DNA from: Phycisphaerae bacterium
Lineage (GTDB): Bacteria > Planctomycetota > Phycisphaerae > UBA1845 > Fen-1342
Assembly: GCA_050115495.1 (NCBI GenBank)
Contig: JASFQK010000006.1
Coordinates: forward strand, 32,001 to 96,000
Reading direction: 5' to 3'
Length of the DNA stretch: 64,000 nucleotides
A program made the translations under genes and the position numbers. The notes beneath the pieces were generated by a model. The model worked only from the letters and a program-made list of their open reading frames with translations. It had not been told where the DNA came from and did no database searches. Shown piece after piece: positions 28,055 through 38,191 of this stretch. Every line of letters begins with the position of its first letter. Positions within the stretch are counted from its first letter, which is position 1.

Positions 28055-29848
28055 TCATTCCCCGGGCTGGCTGGACGGCACAGTGCAACGATAGAGGAAA
28101 GTCGGCTTGTCGGCCCAGGCGATGCGGGACAGCGCGTGCCGCTCGTCCGGATAGCGCGCGACCAGTTCGTATGCGTCCGTCCACCAGGCCCCGCGGAACA
28201 CATCGGCGTCATCCGCGGTGAACGCCAGCCAGTCGGGGAGCGCGACCGCCGACGGCTCAACCGGTGCGTTCGGCGGCAACCAGAACACATCAAGCGAGGC
28301 GAAATCCAGCGGCGGCACCGCGTACGGCGCGGGCTCCTGCAACACGCCGACAGTCTGGCCGGGGGCCAGGTGATCGCGGAGATAGCGTCCGGCCTGTTCA
28401 CGGGACTCGGTTCGGCCGCCGGCGTCGGCGATGAACGACCGCACGTACGCCGCCGTCCCCATCGGTAGCACGACGACCACCGCGACCGCCAGCGCCAGCC
28501 ATCGCCGCCGGTGGCCGAGCTGCGCCGCCAGAATCGCCGCCGCCACGCACAGCAGGCTGACCGGCAGCAACAGGAACCGGGCATACTCGGCGGGCTTGTC
28601 GGCCCCCAGCAACACGGCGATGACCAGCATCATCAGCCCCGCCGCACTGGCCACGATCACCGGCCGCGGCCAGCGGCGCAGCAGCCAGACAAACCCGATC
28701 GCACCGGCGACGAGCGCCATGGGGCCGCAGCTCTCGACCAGCAGCACACCGACACGCCACGCCCCGAGCGCGATCCGCTGCATCTGGTCGGCATACATGG
28801 CGAGCGAATTGCCGAAGTTGCTGGACAGCGTCGTCTGGTTGAACAGGAAGTTGTACGGGATGTAGGGGTTGGTGATTAGGTAGACGCCGCCGGCCAGGCT
28901 CAAGCCCAGCACCAGGTCGGCCAGCCGCACGCGGCCGCCCGGCTCGTTCCGGTTCCGCCGACGGGCGAGCAGCAACGCCGGCCACAGCGCGAGTGCCACG
29001 ATGCCGGTAAGCACGAGCCCGAAGGCGTAGCCGGCCTGCCAGCCCATATGCACGGCATCCCGCGGGCGTCCGTACGTCCAGTAGTTGAGCGCGCTAAGCG
29101 TCGCCCACAGAGCCAGACACGCTGACGGCAAATGCGGCTTGGCTTCGAGCACGCCCGTGATGAACACCGGCGTGCACGCCACGAAGATGAACGCCAGCCA
29201 CGCGGCCGTGCGACCCGCCGCCCGCCGCGCCAGCTTCCACACCGCCACCAGCAGCAACCCACCGAACACGAGCGTCAGCACGCGGGCCACGATGTAGAAC
29301 CGGGCGAACAGCTCCGGCTGCGTCAGGTACACGTTCACATCGCCGGTAAGTTGCGTCACGCCCACGGCGGATGATCCGGCCAGAGCCGCCGCGACGAGGT
29401 AGATGTACCCGCCGCCGTATTGGTACAGCTTGGGGTCGAAGTCGAATTGGCGCGGCTGCATCCGTTGCAGCGCCATCATCGTGATCATTTCGTCGGGCTG
29501 ACGCGTGAAGAGACGATAGCGGCGCAGAATCTCGCCGCGGGCACCTTCGTCGGCCGTAAGCGGCGCGATCGCGTCACGCCGGGCGAGCGGGTTGAGGTCG
29601 GTATCGGCCCCGGCCTGGCGCTCGCGACGTTGCTCGATCGCGGCGGCGGCGCCGAAGCGTTCCGGCGTCCAGGCCGGCTCGCCGCCGAAGAGCAGGTCAT
29701 CCTGTGCCCGGCTGGGCAACCCCCAGCGCAGCAGCGGCGCCATCAGCACCGCCCACAGCACGACCGCCGGCCAGACACCGGCGATGCGCAGCGAGCGGCG
29801 TGGTCGCGAGGCGTCAGCCGGCGGCGGATTCGTCATGACGGCGCTCAC
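28055..29848 (-). CDS. GT-C fold (family 39/PMT-like) membrane glycosyltransferase
   Basis: QPDE motif in first external loop, YQYGG, ARVLT, AKPH, many TM helices, soluble C-terminal domain. Confidence 0.7.
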   Translation of the reverse strand: MSAVMTNPPPADASRPRRSLRIAGVWPAVVLWAVLMAPLLRWGLPSRAQDDLLFGGEPAWTPERFGAAAAIEQRRERQAGADTDLNPLARRDAIAPLTADEGARGEILRRYRLFTRQPDEMITMMALQRMQPRQFDFDPKLYQYGGGYIYLVAAALAGSSAVGVTQLTGDVNVYLTQPELFARFYIVARVLTLVFGGLLLVAVWKLARRAAGRTAAWLAFIFVACTPVFITGVLEAKPHLPSACLALWATLSALNYWTYGRPRDAVHMGWQAGYAFGLVLTGIVALALWPALLLARRRNRNEPGGRVRLADLVLGLSLAGGVYLITNPYIPYNFLFNQTTLSSNFGNSLAMYADQMQRIALGAWRVGVLLVESCGPMALVAGAIGFVWLLRRWPRPVIVASAAGLMMLVIAVLLGADKPAEYARFLLLPVSLLCVAAAILAAQLGHRRRWLALAVAVVVVLPMGTAAYVRSFIADAGGRTESREQAGRYLRDHLAPGQTVGVLQEPAPYAVPPLDFASLDVFWLPPNAPVEPSAVALPDWLAFTADDADVFRGAWWTDAYELVARYPDERHALSRIAWADKPTFLYRCTVPSSQPGE

Positions 29849-30729
29849 CTCAGCAGGATGTCCAACACGCCCAGAATGCCCAGCACCAGCCCGACGACGC
29901 CGTTCACCGTGAAGAACGCAACGTTCACCCGGCTGAGATCGCCCGGATGCACCAGCGCATTCTCAACAACCAGCAGCACGGCCACGCAAGCCACGCCGAC
30001 GTAATAGACCACCCCCAGGCCGGCGGTGATACCCACCGCCACCAGGGCACTCGCCGTGATCGCATGCAGCCCCCGCGCCACCCACAGCGCCGACCCGATA
30101 CCCAGTCGCGCCGGCAGACTCAGTAGGCCGCTGCGCCGATCAAAGTTCACGTCCTGACACGCATAGATGATGTCGAAGCCGCCGATCCAGCAGCTCACGA
30201 CAACGAGCAGCAGCACCGCCGGCGCCCCGAGCGTCGCCGGATTGATCGCCACCCACGCGGCCACCGGCGCCAAAGCGATCCCCGCACCGAGCACGAGGTG
30301 TGACCACTGCGTGAACCGCTTCGTGTACGAGTACCCGCACAGCACCACCAGCACCGGCCCGCAGAACACGAGCGGCCACACGTTCCGTTGCGTCCACCAG
30401 AACCCCGCACAAACCAGTACGAACGCGGCTGCACACAGCATGAAGAACACCCACGCCGCCCGCCGGCCGATCAAGCCACGCGGCAGCGCCCGCCCGGCGG
30501 TTCGCGGGTTTTGCGCATCGTAGACGGCATCAGCCAGCCGATTAAACGTCATCGCCGCACTGCGGGCCGCCGCCATGGCCAGCAGGATCAGGATGAGCTG
30601 CACCGCGGTCGGCCGTTGCGGGCGAGCGGCGAGGAAGGTGGCGAGCAGCGCGAAGGGCAAAGCGAAGACGGTGTGCCCGATCTTGATCATCTCCGCCCAG
30701 GTGCGCAGGTTGGTGCCGATACCGGGCAT
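29845..30729 (-). CDS. UbiA-family polyprenyltransferase (MqnP-like, menaquinone futalosine route)
   Basis: IKIGHTVFALPFAL, ARSAAMTFNRLADAVYDAQNPRTAGRALP, YSYTKRFT, GFDIIYACQD. Confidence 0.92.
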   Translation of the reverse strand: MPGIGTNLRTWAEMIKIGHTVFALPFALLATFLAARPQRPTAVQLILILLAMAAARSAAMTFNRLADAVYDAQNPRTAGRALPRGLIGRRAAWVFFMLCAAAFVLVCAGFWWTQRNVWPLVFCGPVLVVLCGYSYTKRFTQWSHLVLGAGIALAPVAAWVAINPATLGAPAVLLLVVVSCWIGGFDIIYACQDVNFDRRSGLLSLPARLGIGSALWVARGLHAITASALVAVGITAGLGVVYYVGVACVAVLLVVENALVHPGDLSRVNVAFFTVNGVVGLVLGILGVLDILLR

Positions 30730-30732
30730 GAG

Positions 30733-31341
30733 CTAGCGAACCTCGCCAGCCCGCCGTGCGGCCTGCGACGGGTCCCAGCGCGTGCTGAGCGTGTGCGGCA
30801 CGTCGAGTAGATCCAGCACGCGGCCGACGACGAAATCGACGACGTCCGCCACGGTCTGTGGCCGCATGTAGAAACCGGGGCTGGCCGGGCAGATCGTGCC
30901 TCCGGCCTGACTGATGCGCAGCATGTTGCCCAGGTCAATCTGAGTAACGGGCATCTCGCGCGGCACAACGATGAGTCGGCGGCCCTCCTTCAGCGTCACC
31001 GCCGCCGCCCGCGTGATGAGATTGTCGCCCATACCGGCGGCCACCGCCGCCAGCGTGTGGCTGCTGCACGGGCAGATCGCCATGCCGTCGGTCCGGAACG
31101 AGCCGCTCGCCAACCGAGCGCCGAGATCATCGTGCGCATACAACGTCGCGGCAGCGGATTCGTGGCCGATCAGCGACGCCAGCGTGACCTCGCTCAACCC
31201 CACCTCGTCACCGAGCACCCGCCGGCCCATGGGTGAGACGACCAGGTGCAGATGCACGTCCGCCGCGGCCAGCATCTGCACGAGCCGGCGCCCGTAGGCC
31301 GCCCCGCTCGCCCCGGTAATCGCGACGACGATCTGCCTCAT
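30733..31341 (-). CDS. ubiX: Flavin prenyltransferase UbiX
   Basis: ITGASG, LASGS, PCS..TLAAVA.G..DNLITRAA.VTLKEGR.LI.VPREMP, PASPGFY. Confidence 0.95.
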   Translation of the reverse strand: MRQIVVAITGASGAAYGRRLVQMLAAADVHLHLVVSPMGRRVLGDEVGLSEVTLASLIGHESAAATLYAHDDLGARLASGSFRTDGMAICPCSSHTLAAVAAGMGDNLITRAAAVTLKEGRRLIVVPREMPVTQIDLGNMLRISQAGGTICPASPGFYMRPQTVADVVDFVVGRVLDLLDVPHTLSTRWDPSQAARRAGEVR

Positions 31342-33257
31342 GGCGCCTCCATGGTGACCGGACGCGTCGTTTCGGCAGGCAGCGGCAGGATGCGTAGCCG
31401 CTCGGTCGCCTCGCCACCCCAATACGACGCGCCGAAGTGTTCGACGATCTCTCTCAGGTGCGCCACGCCGGCCAGGCGGATGCGCTCCTGATCCGGGCCG
31501 CGGGCCTGAAGCTCGATCTCGGCCAGCCGGAACAGGGCCTCCGCCCGGGCGTCGCCATCGGGGAAAGCCTGGAGGCAGCGCTCGAGCTGCTGGGCACGCT
31601 GCTGCGGATCGGGCTGGCTGGCCGCCCAGGCGACGACGAGGTTGTTGTAGAGGAGGGCGTCACGATAGCGGTGGGCCAGTTGCTGCAACTGGTCGCCGTA
31701 GCCGGGCCGCCGCGAATCGAGCGCGGCAAGCTCGACCAGCGGCGCGTCGCCGTAGCGCGGATCGGGGCGATTGGCCCGGATCAGCTCGGCGAGGTGTTGC
31801 GCCTCGCGGATGTACGGCTGCGGATCGAAGCCGAGACTGCGCTCGGGAACGTCCTCGGCGAGCCACGGCCGTGGCGTGGGCTGCGAGGCGCTCTGCGTGG
31901 CCGCGGGCGCCGCGGCCCGCCGCTGCGCTTCGTCGAGCAGCGCCAGCGCCTCATCGACCGCCCCCCGCCGCATGCGTAACTGCGCCAGCCGCAAACGAGC
32001 CGCGGCGGCCAGCGGCGAATCCGGATGCTGCTCCGCCAGCGTCAGCCACGTCTCCTCCGACTGCACGTGCGAGAAGTCGCTGTACAGCTCGCGCTGGATC
32101 GTCGCCCCGTCGGCGAGGATGCGCGGCGCGCCCAGCCGCAGATCGAGCGCCCAGCCCTGGATGTACAGAACGTTCGGCACGTAGCGGCTGTGGCGGTAGT
32201 CGGCGATGAAGTCCTTGCACTCCTCGTAGACCTCGCGCTGATCGGTGAGCAGATCGCGCAGGAGCCAGCGGAACATCTGCCGGCTGACGGCCGCCTGGAT
32301 CTCCGGCTGACCGAACAGCAACCCGACGAGCGGCTCGCCGGTCGGCTCACTCAGGCGGGCCCGTACGATTTCGAGGCAGTCCTCGGTCACGTCCAGCCGC
32401 CAGCGCTGCGCCCGCGGCCCATACTCCGCCTCGAGCACGCGATAGCTGACCTCATCGACGCCGACGTACTTGGTGAAGATGATGGCCGGAGCCACGAACA
32501 TCACCGCCATCACCGGACCGACCGCACCCGGCCGGTAGTTCACGATCCGCGAGATCAGCAGGATCACCGCCAGCATCACGACGGCGGCGATGATCGCCAG
32601 GACCCACGGCGCCGTCAGCAGCAGCTTCTGGTCCGGCGAGGCGTACGTGCCGATCTGCGCCGGCGTACCCCGCGTCGCCAGGTACAGGTAGAGAATCACC
32701 GGCAGCATGCCCACCAGGGCCGCCCCGAAGCGAAACGACAGCCGAAACGGTTTCACCGCCGCCAGCACGCAACAGGCCACCAGCGTCAACGCCATCCAGG
32801 GCATGTGGGCGAAAACCAGCACGGCGCCGGCGAACGGCAGGGCAAACGGAAAGCGGTACAGAATCGACACCGAAATCGGTACCGCCACGATCGACGCCAC
32901 CAGCAGCCCCAAAACGACACCATGCATCGGGTTCTGCTCGACGCTGACCGGGTACAGCACAAAGTCGTTGAGGTTCTGCGTCTGCTCGCCCCAGAAACGC
33001 ATTGGGGCCAGATAACTACTCAGCGAGAAGTCGAACGGGCGGTCGAAGTGCAGCCAATGGATGAAGACGCACAGCCCGCAAAACAGGGCGAAATTCATGG
33101 CCAGAAGCACGATGGCCCGCACACGGTACTTCCGCTCGCTACGGGACCACACCGTGTCGTAGGCGATCGTCGCCGGCGGCGCAGCCTCCGGGGAGGGCGC
33201 CGCACCCGGGGACGGCGTGCCGTCGTCCGGCTTCCTGGAATCCTCAAGCTCGGCCAT
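31338..33257 (-). CDS. Multi-pass membrane protein with C-terminal TPR-like domain
   Basis: About 7 N-terminal TM helices; HPDSPLAAAARLRLAQL and FPDGDARAEALFRLAE TPR-like units; ATGA overlap with ubiX. Confidence 0.75.
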   Translation of the reverse strand: MAELEDSRKPDDGTPSPGAAPSPEAAPPATIAYDTVWSRSERKYRVRAIVLLAMNFALFCGLCVFIHWLHFDRPFDFSLSSYLAPMRFWGEQTQNLNDFVLYPVSVEQNPMHGVVLGLLVASIVAVPISVSILYRFPFALPFAGAVLVFAHMPWMALTLVACCVLAAVKPFRLSFRFGAALVGMLPVILYLYLATRGTPAQIGTYASPDQKLLLTAPWVLAIIAAVVMLAVILLISRIVNYRPGAVGPVMAVMFVAPAIIFTKYVGVDEVSYRVLEAEYGPRAQRWRLDVTEDCLEIVRARLSEPTGEPLVGLLFGQPEIQAAVSRQMFRWLLRDLLTDQREVYEECKDFIADYRHSRYVPNVLYIQGWALDLRLGAPRILADGATIQRELYSDFSHVQSEETWLTLAEQHPDSPLAAAARLRLAQLRMRRGAVDEALALLDEAQRRAAAPAATQSASQPTPRPWLAEDVPERSLGFDPQPYIREAQHLAELIRANRPDPRYGDAPLVELAALDSRRPGYGDQLQQLAHRYRDALLYNNLVVAWAASQPDPQQRAQQLERCLQAFPDGDARAEALFRLAEIELQARGPDQERIRLAGVAHLREIVEHFGASYWGGEATERLRILPLPAETTRPVTMEAP

Positions 33258-33369
33258 GAGCCCCCATGCTAATCCGCTGGCGGAGGGATGCAATCGGCCA
33301 GTCGCCGGCGCAGACCGTCCGGCCGTTCAGAACAGACGGGGGAACGCACCGGCTTGCCGGCGGAGAGGA

Positions 33370-33443
33370 CGTCCCGGGCGGGATTCGAACCCACAACCTT
33401 TGGCTCCGGAGGCCAACGCTCTGTCCAATTGAGCTACCGGGAC
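33370..33443 (-). tRNA. tRNA-Arg(CCG)
   Basis: Minus strand GTCCCGG-TAGCTCAATTGGACAGAGC-TTGGC-CTCCGGA-GCCAA...GGTTCGAATCC...CCGGGAC; CCA not encoded. Confidence 0.96.
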
Positions 33444-33581
33444 TTCAACGCCCTAAGCGGAGCCTTAGCAGTCTACTCCGCCGGGCAGGCCAGTCAAGCT
33501 GGCCCGGCACGCGCCTACCGGCCATAAGTGGATTATACTGCACGGCCAGCGCGGCGGGGCGCCGCGCACGAAGGAGCCAAG

Positions 33582-34229
33582 ATGGCGTTCGGCTGGGAAG
33601 ACCTCGCCCGGCTGCTGGCCGCCTGCATCGCCGGGGCCGCGATCGGCCTCGAGCGCGAATTGAGCGACAAGCCGGCGGGATTGCGCACGAACGTGATGAT
33701 CTGTCTGGGGGCCGCCGTCTTCACCCTGCTGTCCTCGCGCTTGGGGGTGGGCGACAGGACCAGCGACCCGGCACGGGTCGCCGCCCAGGTCGTGACCGGC
33801 GTCGGCTTCCTGGGTGCCGGGGCCATTCTGCACGCCCGGGGCAACGTGATCGGCCTGACGACGGCGGCGACCATCTGGATCGTGGCCAGCGTGGGCATGG
33901 CTTTCGGCTCGGGGGCCTTCGTCCTGGGCGCGGTAGCCACCGTGCTGACCGCGGGCGTGCTGTTCGGGCTGGCCGTCGTCGAGGCGCGGATCGCCGCCTG
34001 GCGCACGACCGCGAAATTCCTCATCGAGATGAAGCCCGAGCCCGAAGTGCGGCAGGTCGTCAAACGCCGCGTCCGCGAGCTCGGCCTGCAACGCCGCGAG
34101 TGGCGCGTCAGCAAGACGCCCGACGGCTTCACTGGCTTCCTGGAAGTCACCGGTCCCGAATCGCGGCTGGATCGGTTATACAAGACGATCATGGCCGAAG
34201 AGGGCGTCGAGTCCCTCGAACGGCTGTGA
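33582..34229 (+). CDS. MgtC/SapB family protein
   Basis: GAAIGLERE..KPAGLRT, DPARVAAQVVTGVGFLGAG, GLTTAATIW; AAGGAG RBS. Confidence 0.93.
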   Translation: MAFGWEDLARLLAACIAGAAIGLERELSDKPAGLRTNVMICLGAAVFTLLSSRLGVGDRTSDPARVAAQVVTGVGFLGAGAILHARGNVIGLTTAATIWIVASVGMAFGSGAFVLGAVATVLTAGVLFGLAVVEARIAAWRTTAKFLIEMKPEPEVRQVVKRRVRELGLQRREWRVSKTPDGFTGFLEVTGPESRLDRLYKTIMAEEGVESLERL

Positions 34230-34302
34230 GCACCTGGCGAATCCCGCGCGCGGCCCCCGGCGGCCGCAGCGCGACGTAGGCCCCGGCCCAAGGAGCCCTT
34301 CG

Positions 34303-34392
34303 ATGATGTTCTCCGAGCTGTTCTACTCGCTCTTCATTCAGTTGCTGGGCTATCTGCTCAACCTCTTCCTCGCCCAGTTGACCGGCGCATAG
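34303..34392 (+). CDS. Unannotated 29-aa hydrophobic peptide MMFSELFYSLFIQLLGYLLNLFLAQLTGA
   Basis: AAGGAG RBS 7 nt upstream of the ATG, host-like GC3-rich codons, single helix; below the ORF-track cutoff. Confidence 0.6.
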   Translation: MMFSELFYSLFIQLLGYLLNLFLAQLTGA

Positions 34393-34463
34393 ACAACGGG
34401 CCCGTCACGCCAAGCAGCGCGACGGACCCGGTCGTACGTTGTCCTCTCGAAAGACCGCTGCGG

Positions 34464-35276
34464 TCAGCGCCGGCGGATAAGCAGGGTTGCGCCCAGGAGC
34501 AGGCACACCGCGGCCACCGGCTCCGGCACGCTGGTTTGCGACACACCCTCCACGACCGCCTGCGTGTCCAGCAACACGTCGCCGCCCGCGAAGAGCTGCC
34601 CGGTGACCCGCGAGTTCCAGCCGACGACGGCCGGACCGCCGGCGAGCAGGCTCGTGTCCCAGACGCCCTCCGTACCGCCGGTGAAGGCGCCGCCGACACT
34701 GAGCAGCGCACCACCGTCGCCCTCGCGTGCGATGGCCGTCTTCCAGGCCAGGTTGGCGTCGCCGGCGACGAAGATGAGCACGTCTCCGCCGGAGGTATCC
34801 AGCGCGATCGTCGACTCATCGCCGAGAGTCAGGCTGTCAAAGATGTACGTGCCGGCAACGAGTTGCAGGTGCCCGCGCCAGGCCGTGGAAACGTCGCCGT
34901 ACGTGCCGGGCGCCAAGGACAGCGTCTCCTTGGACGCGGCCTGCACCGCGTCACCGCCACTCGCGTCGGCGTTGAACACCGGCACGCCGATGTCCTTGAA
35001 GGGACCGCTGCCCAGGTGGTCGTACGCCGCACCGAACGTGGACTTCCAGCCGGTGGTGATGGCGCCGCCGGCGTAGAGGTCACCCTGTACGGTCGCCTGG
35101 TCGCCGATAGCCATCAGGCCGCCGGCGGCCATGCTCCCGCCGACCGATCCGTGCCACCCGACGGACACGTTACTGTCCGAATACACCGCCAGGCTTGTCC
35201 AGTCTGTGATGAAGTCCGCGCGCAATCCCTGCGCCGCGAGGAGAAGCGTTCCCATAACAACCATACATCTGCGCAT
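34464..35276 (-). CDS. PEP-CTERM protein with beta-solenoid-like (choice-of-anchor/ice-binding-like) domain
   Basis: Signal peptide; Gly/Ala/Val-rich repeats, LAPGTYG..L.L.AGTYIF; C-terminal VPEP-TM-RRR. Confidence 0.8.
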   Translation of the reverse strand: MRRCMVVMGTLLLAAQGLRADFITDWTSLAVYSDSNVSVGWHGSVGGSMAAGGLMAIGDQATVQGDLYAGGAITTGWKSTFGAAYDHLGSGPFKDIGVPVFNADASGGDAVQAASKETLSLAPGTYGDVSTAWRGHLQLVAGTYIFDSLTLGDESTIALDTSGGDVLIFVAGDANLAWKTAIAREGDGGALLSVGGAFTGGTEGVWDTSLLAGGPAVVGWNSRVTGQLFAGGDVLLDTQAVVEGVSQTSVPEPVAAVCLLLGATLLIRRR

Positions 35277-35424
35277 CGCGTGTGCTCCGTGTGGACAGCG
35301 CGCGAGCCGGCACCGCGACCGGCCGTCATAGAGAAGTATTCAATACTGCAGCGGACGGAGGCGCCCGGTTCCCCCCGGCGCCGTTATCGGGATGATTTGG
35401 GTATGCGGATGTTCACGGAAGGTC

Positions 35425-36546
35425 CTACGGCGCCCCCTCTTGCCGCCGGGCCCGGATCCACTCCTGGAACGCCTGTTGATCCGGATCGACGGCAGACGGC
35501 GTCTCGTCAACCACATCACGCTGCAGCGGGATCAACCCCGCCTCTGCCTCGCGGAGCGCCCGGCCGCCGCCAGCGCGGCTCAGCATTAAGTGAATATTGA
35601 GCCCTGTCGGACTGGACAACACGAGGGTCTCATAGCGGCAGATGGGGATCTGCGTATTGTTGTTGAACCGACGATCCGGCCCGCCCTTCTTGTTGACGTA
35701 CCGCCACGTGTGGCCCACAACGTCGGCGTCGCCGGGAACAGCGTCGGTCTCACGGAATTCACTGTACTCCACGCCGATACGGAGGGAGTCGTAGGCCACG
35801 GCACCGACGCGTGTTCCCTCGTATACGAGCACCTGGTTGGGAAAGAAATAGAGCGTCTGCGCGCCACAGACGAGGGAGTAGGGCCGCAGGTTGCTGTCGA
35901 GGTAGCGCGGCGCCTTCCGTGTGAAGAACACCGCCCTGCGCGTCACGAGGCTGCCAGCGCCAGCATTGCGTTTCCAGTCGCTGATTGCCTCGCGCGTCGT
36001 GACGCGCCAGACGCGATGGCACGACGCGGCCATCCCCAGAGCGTCCTCGAAGCCCTGGAAGCGCGCGCCCGCATCGCCCTGCAAATCAAACCACAGATGG
36101 ACCGTCTTGACCCGCATATCCCGGCGGTGGCCCGCGATGCCGCCCCAAATCGTCCCGGCCGCTGCGGGGACAACTGCAAACAGCCAGGCCCAGTGGTGCA
36201 CAGCGAAGAAGATGAGGACCGTCAGCGTGACAGCCATGCCTAACGCTATAGTAGCCGGTGCGAATGCGGGGATCTGAAGCGTGCGGTTGATCTCGCGCAC
36301 GAGGCCTTCGTTGCTCACGTCAACCAGCGCTGCCGCACCAGCAGTGTGGATCGTGTCTTCCTCCCCGCGTACCCCGCTGTCGCTTGACTGCGACGAGGCG
36401 GCAGTCGGACTGCCAAGGCGCTGGCGCAAGTACAGCCCACCGTAGCCGACATGCGAGCGAGAGCCACCAGATCCCGCGCCAACACCGAGGTCGGACACGC
36501 CAGCCGAGGCACCGAGCCGAGACGACCTGTGCAGATGTAGGCCCAT
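35425..36546 (-). CDS. DUF4236-type membrane protein with divergent N-terminus
   Basis: N-terminal MG.H.HRS.RLG...GGLYLRQRL, two TMs, C-terminal TWRYVNKKGGPDRRFNNNTQIPICRY; GAGGAGG RBS. Confidence 0.7.
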   Translation of the reverse strand: MGLHLHRSSRLGASAGVSDLGVGAGSGGSRSHVGYGGLYLRQRLGSPTAASSQSSDSGVRGEEDTIHTAGAAALVDVSNEGLVREINRTLQIPAFAPATIALGMAVTLTVLIFFAVHHWAWLFAVVPAAAGTIWGGIAGHRRDMRVKTVHLWFDLQGDAGARFQGFEDALGMAASCHRVWRVTTREAISDWKRNAGAGSLVTRRAVFFTRKAPRYLDSNLRPYSLVCGAQTLYFFPNQVLVYEGTRVGAVAYDSLRIGVEYSEFRETDAVPGDADVVGHTWRYVNKKGGPDRRFNNNTQIPICRYETLVLSSPTGLNIHLMLSRAGGGRALREAEAGLIPLQRDVVDETPSAVDPDQQAFQEWIRARRQEGAP

Positions 36547-36868
36547 ACTGCGAATCCTCCTCTATCACGACAATGCCGCCACTTCCCCCGCCAGTAGCCG
36601 CGCACGTACGTTCTGGCCGTCCGCCGAGTCTCTCGCTCGTCATTCAGATGCGCGACACCGGCCGCCCCGGCGGTGGCGACAGGCGTAGGCGCGACTCTCG
36701 GTACAATGAGTCTCACGATGTGCTCGCCCTCGTAGCGCCAGAGATGCACCACACTGGCCGTCGAATCCGCGGCGCTGCACTACGGCCCGGTCGTTGAGGG
36801 GATTGGAGCTTCCTCGTGCTCCAACGCCGCCCATTCTCTCACTTGTCTTGTGCCACGGCAAGACGTTT

Positions 36869-38191
36869 TCAGCGGCCAGACTGGTCGCCCTCGCCCCGCT
36901 GGCCCGGAAGATGCGCCTCCGGCAGCGCGCCTCCAGACGCTACCCGCAACGGTTGCCAGCGCCAGTAGGTCAGGCTACGCCAGAGCCATTCCAGCGGGCC
37001 GAAGCGGAAGTACCACAACCACAGCGGCGACAGGACAAGCTGCACCGCCGACACGGCTAACACCACAGCGAGCTGCCCCGTCCGCCCGACGTAGCCGTAG
37101 AGGCCGAGGCCGTGACCGTAGAACAACGTGGTGCAGATCACTGTCTGCAACAGGTAGTTCGTCAGCGCCATCCGCCCCACCGCAGCCAGCACGCGGCGCG
37201 CACCGGCCAGCACGCCGGCGCGGCAGACCAGCATAACCGCCCCCACCCAGCCAAGACTGACGGGCAGGCTCGCCCAGTAGTTGAACTGCGCCCCAAGGAA
37301 AAAGCAGTAGCGTACGTCCCAGCCGACGGCCGTGTTCCAATACACGCCGTAGACGGTCAGCGGCAGGCCAATCAGCAAGGCGACCGCGACGAAGAACCAG
37401 TACGTGCGCGCGGAGGCCCGGGCGCTGAACGTCCCCAGCTTGTACAACGCCATGCCCGCCAGCATGAGCCCCAGCGCCCGCCACAGAAAGAGCAACGGCA
37501 GCATGGTCAGTTGCATGCTGCGGGCAGCGGCGAACCGGTAGGGCATCTGCGCCAGGTAACCGCCGCGGTACTCCGCCAGCTCACCGGCCACGACGTCGGC
37601 CGACGGCTGCCAGGTGTGATCGTTCAGATAGGCGAGGCTCTCCGCCGGCCAGTACGGCAACGACGACTGCCACAGCACCCGGATCGCCGACGGTATGGTG
37701 ATTCCCAGCACAGCGAACACCAACAGCGTTCGCAGCCGCCAGCGACGACACAGATACGCGAACAACCCGCACGCGCCGTACAGGAACAGAACATCGCCGA
37801 ACCACAACAGGTAGGCGTGCATGAGACCGATCACCATCAACCAGAACATCCGGCGATAGTGCACGGCCGCCGTGCGGCAACCGGCCGCGGCGCGACGTTC
37901 GGTCATGAGCACGATCCCCGCCCCGAAGAGCACGCTGAAGATCGTCATGAACTTGCGGTCGGCAAAAACGTGCCCCAGCAACCAGATGATGTAGTCCGCC
38001 CCGCGCAGTTCGCCGAGGGCCATCGGGTTCATGTACGCCGCCCCGATCATCGCGAACGACTGTACGTTCATCACCAGGATGCCGAGCACCGCCACGCCGC
38101 GCAGTACGTCGATGGCTTCGATGCGCTCCGCCGGACGTATGGGACCGGCCGGCGGCGCGATGACGGGAACAGCCGTCGTGTCTACAGACAT
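36869..38191 (-). CDS. DUF418 (YeiB-like) membrane protein
   Basis: ERIEAIDVLRGVAVLGIL, KFMTIFSVLFGAG, VGRMALTNYLLQT, FRFGPLEWLWRSLTY. Confidence 0.92.
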   Translation of the reverse strand: MSVDTTAVPVIAPPAGPIRPAERIEAIDVLRGVAVLGILVMNVQSFAMIGAAYMNPMALGELRGADYIIWLLGHVFADRKFMTIFSVLFGAGIVLMTERRAAAGCRTAAVHYRRMFWLMVIGLMHAYLLWFGDVLFLYGACGLFAYLCRRWRLRTLLVFAVLGITIPSAIRVLWQSSLPYWPAESLAYLNDHTWQPSADVVAGELAEYRGGYLAQMPYRFAAARSMQLTMLPLLFLWRALGLMLAGMALYKLGTFSARASARTYWFFVAVALLIGLPLTVYGVYWNTAVGWDVRYCFFLGAQFNYWASLPVSLGWVGAVMLVCRAGVLAGARRVLAAVGRMALTNYLLQTVICTTLFYGHGLGLYGYVGRTGQLAVVLAVSAVQLVLSPLWLWYFRFGPLEWLWRSLTYWRWQPLRVASGGALPEAHLPGQRGEGDQSGR

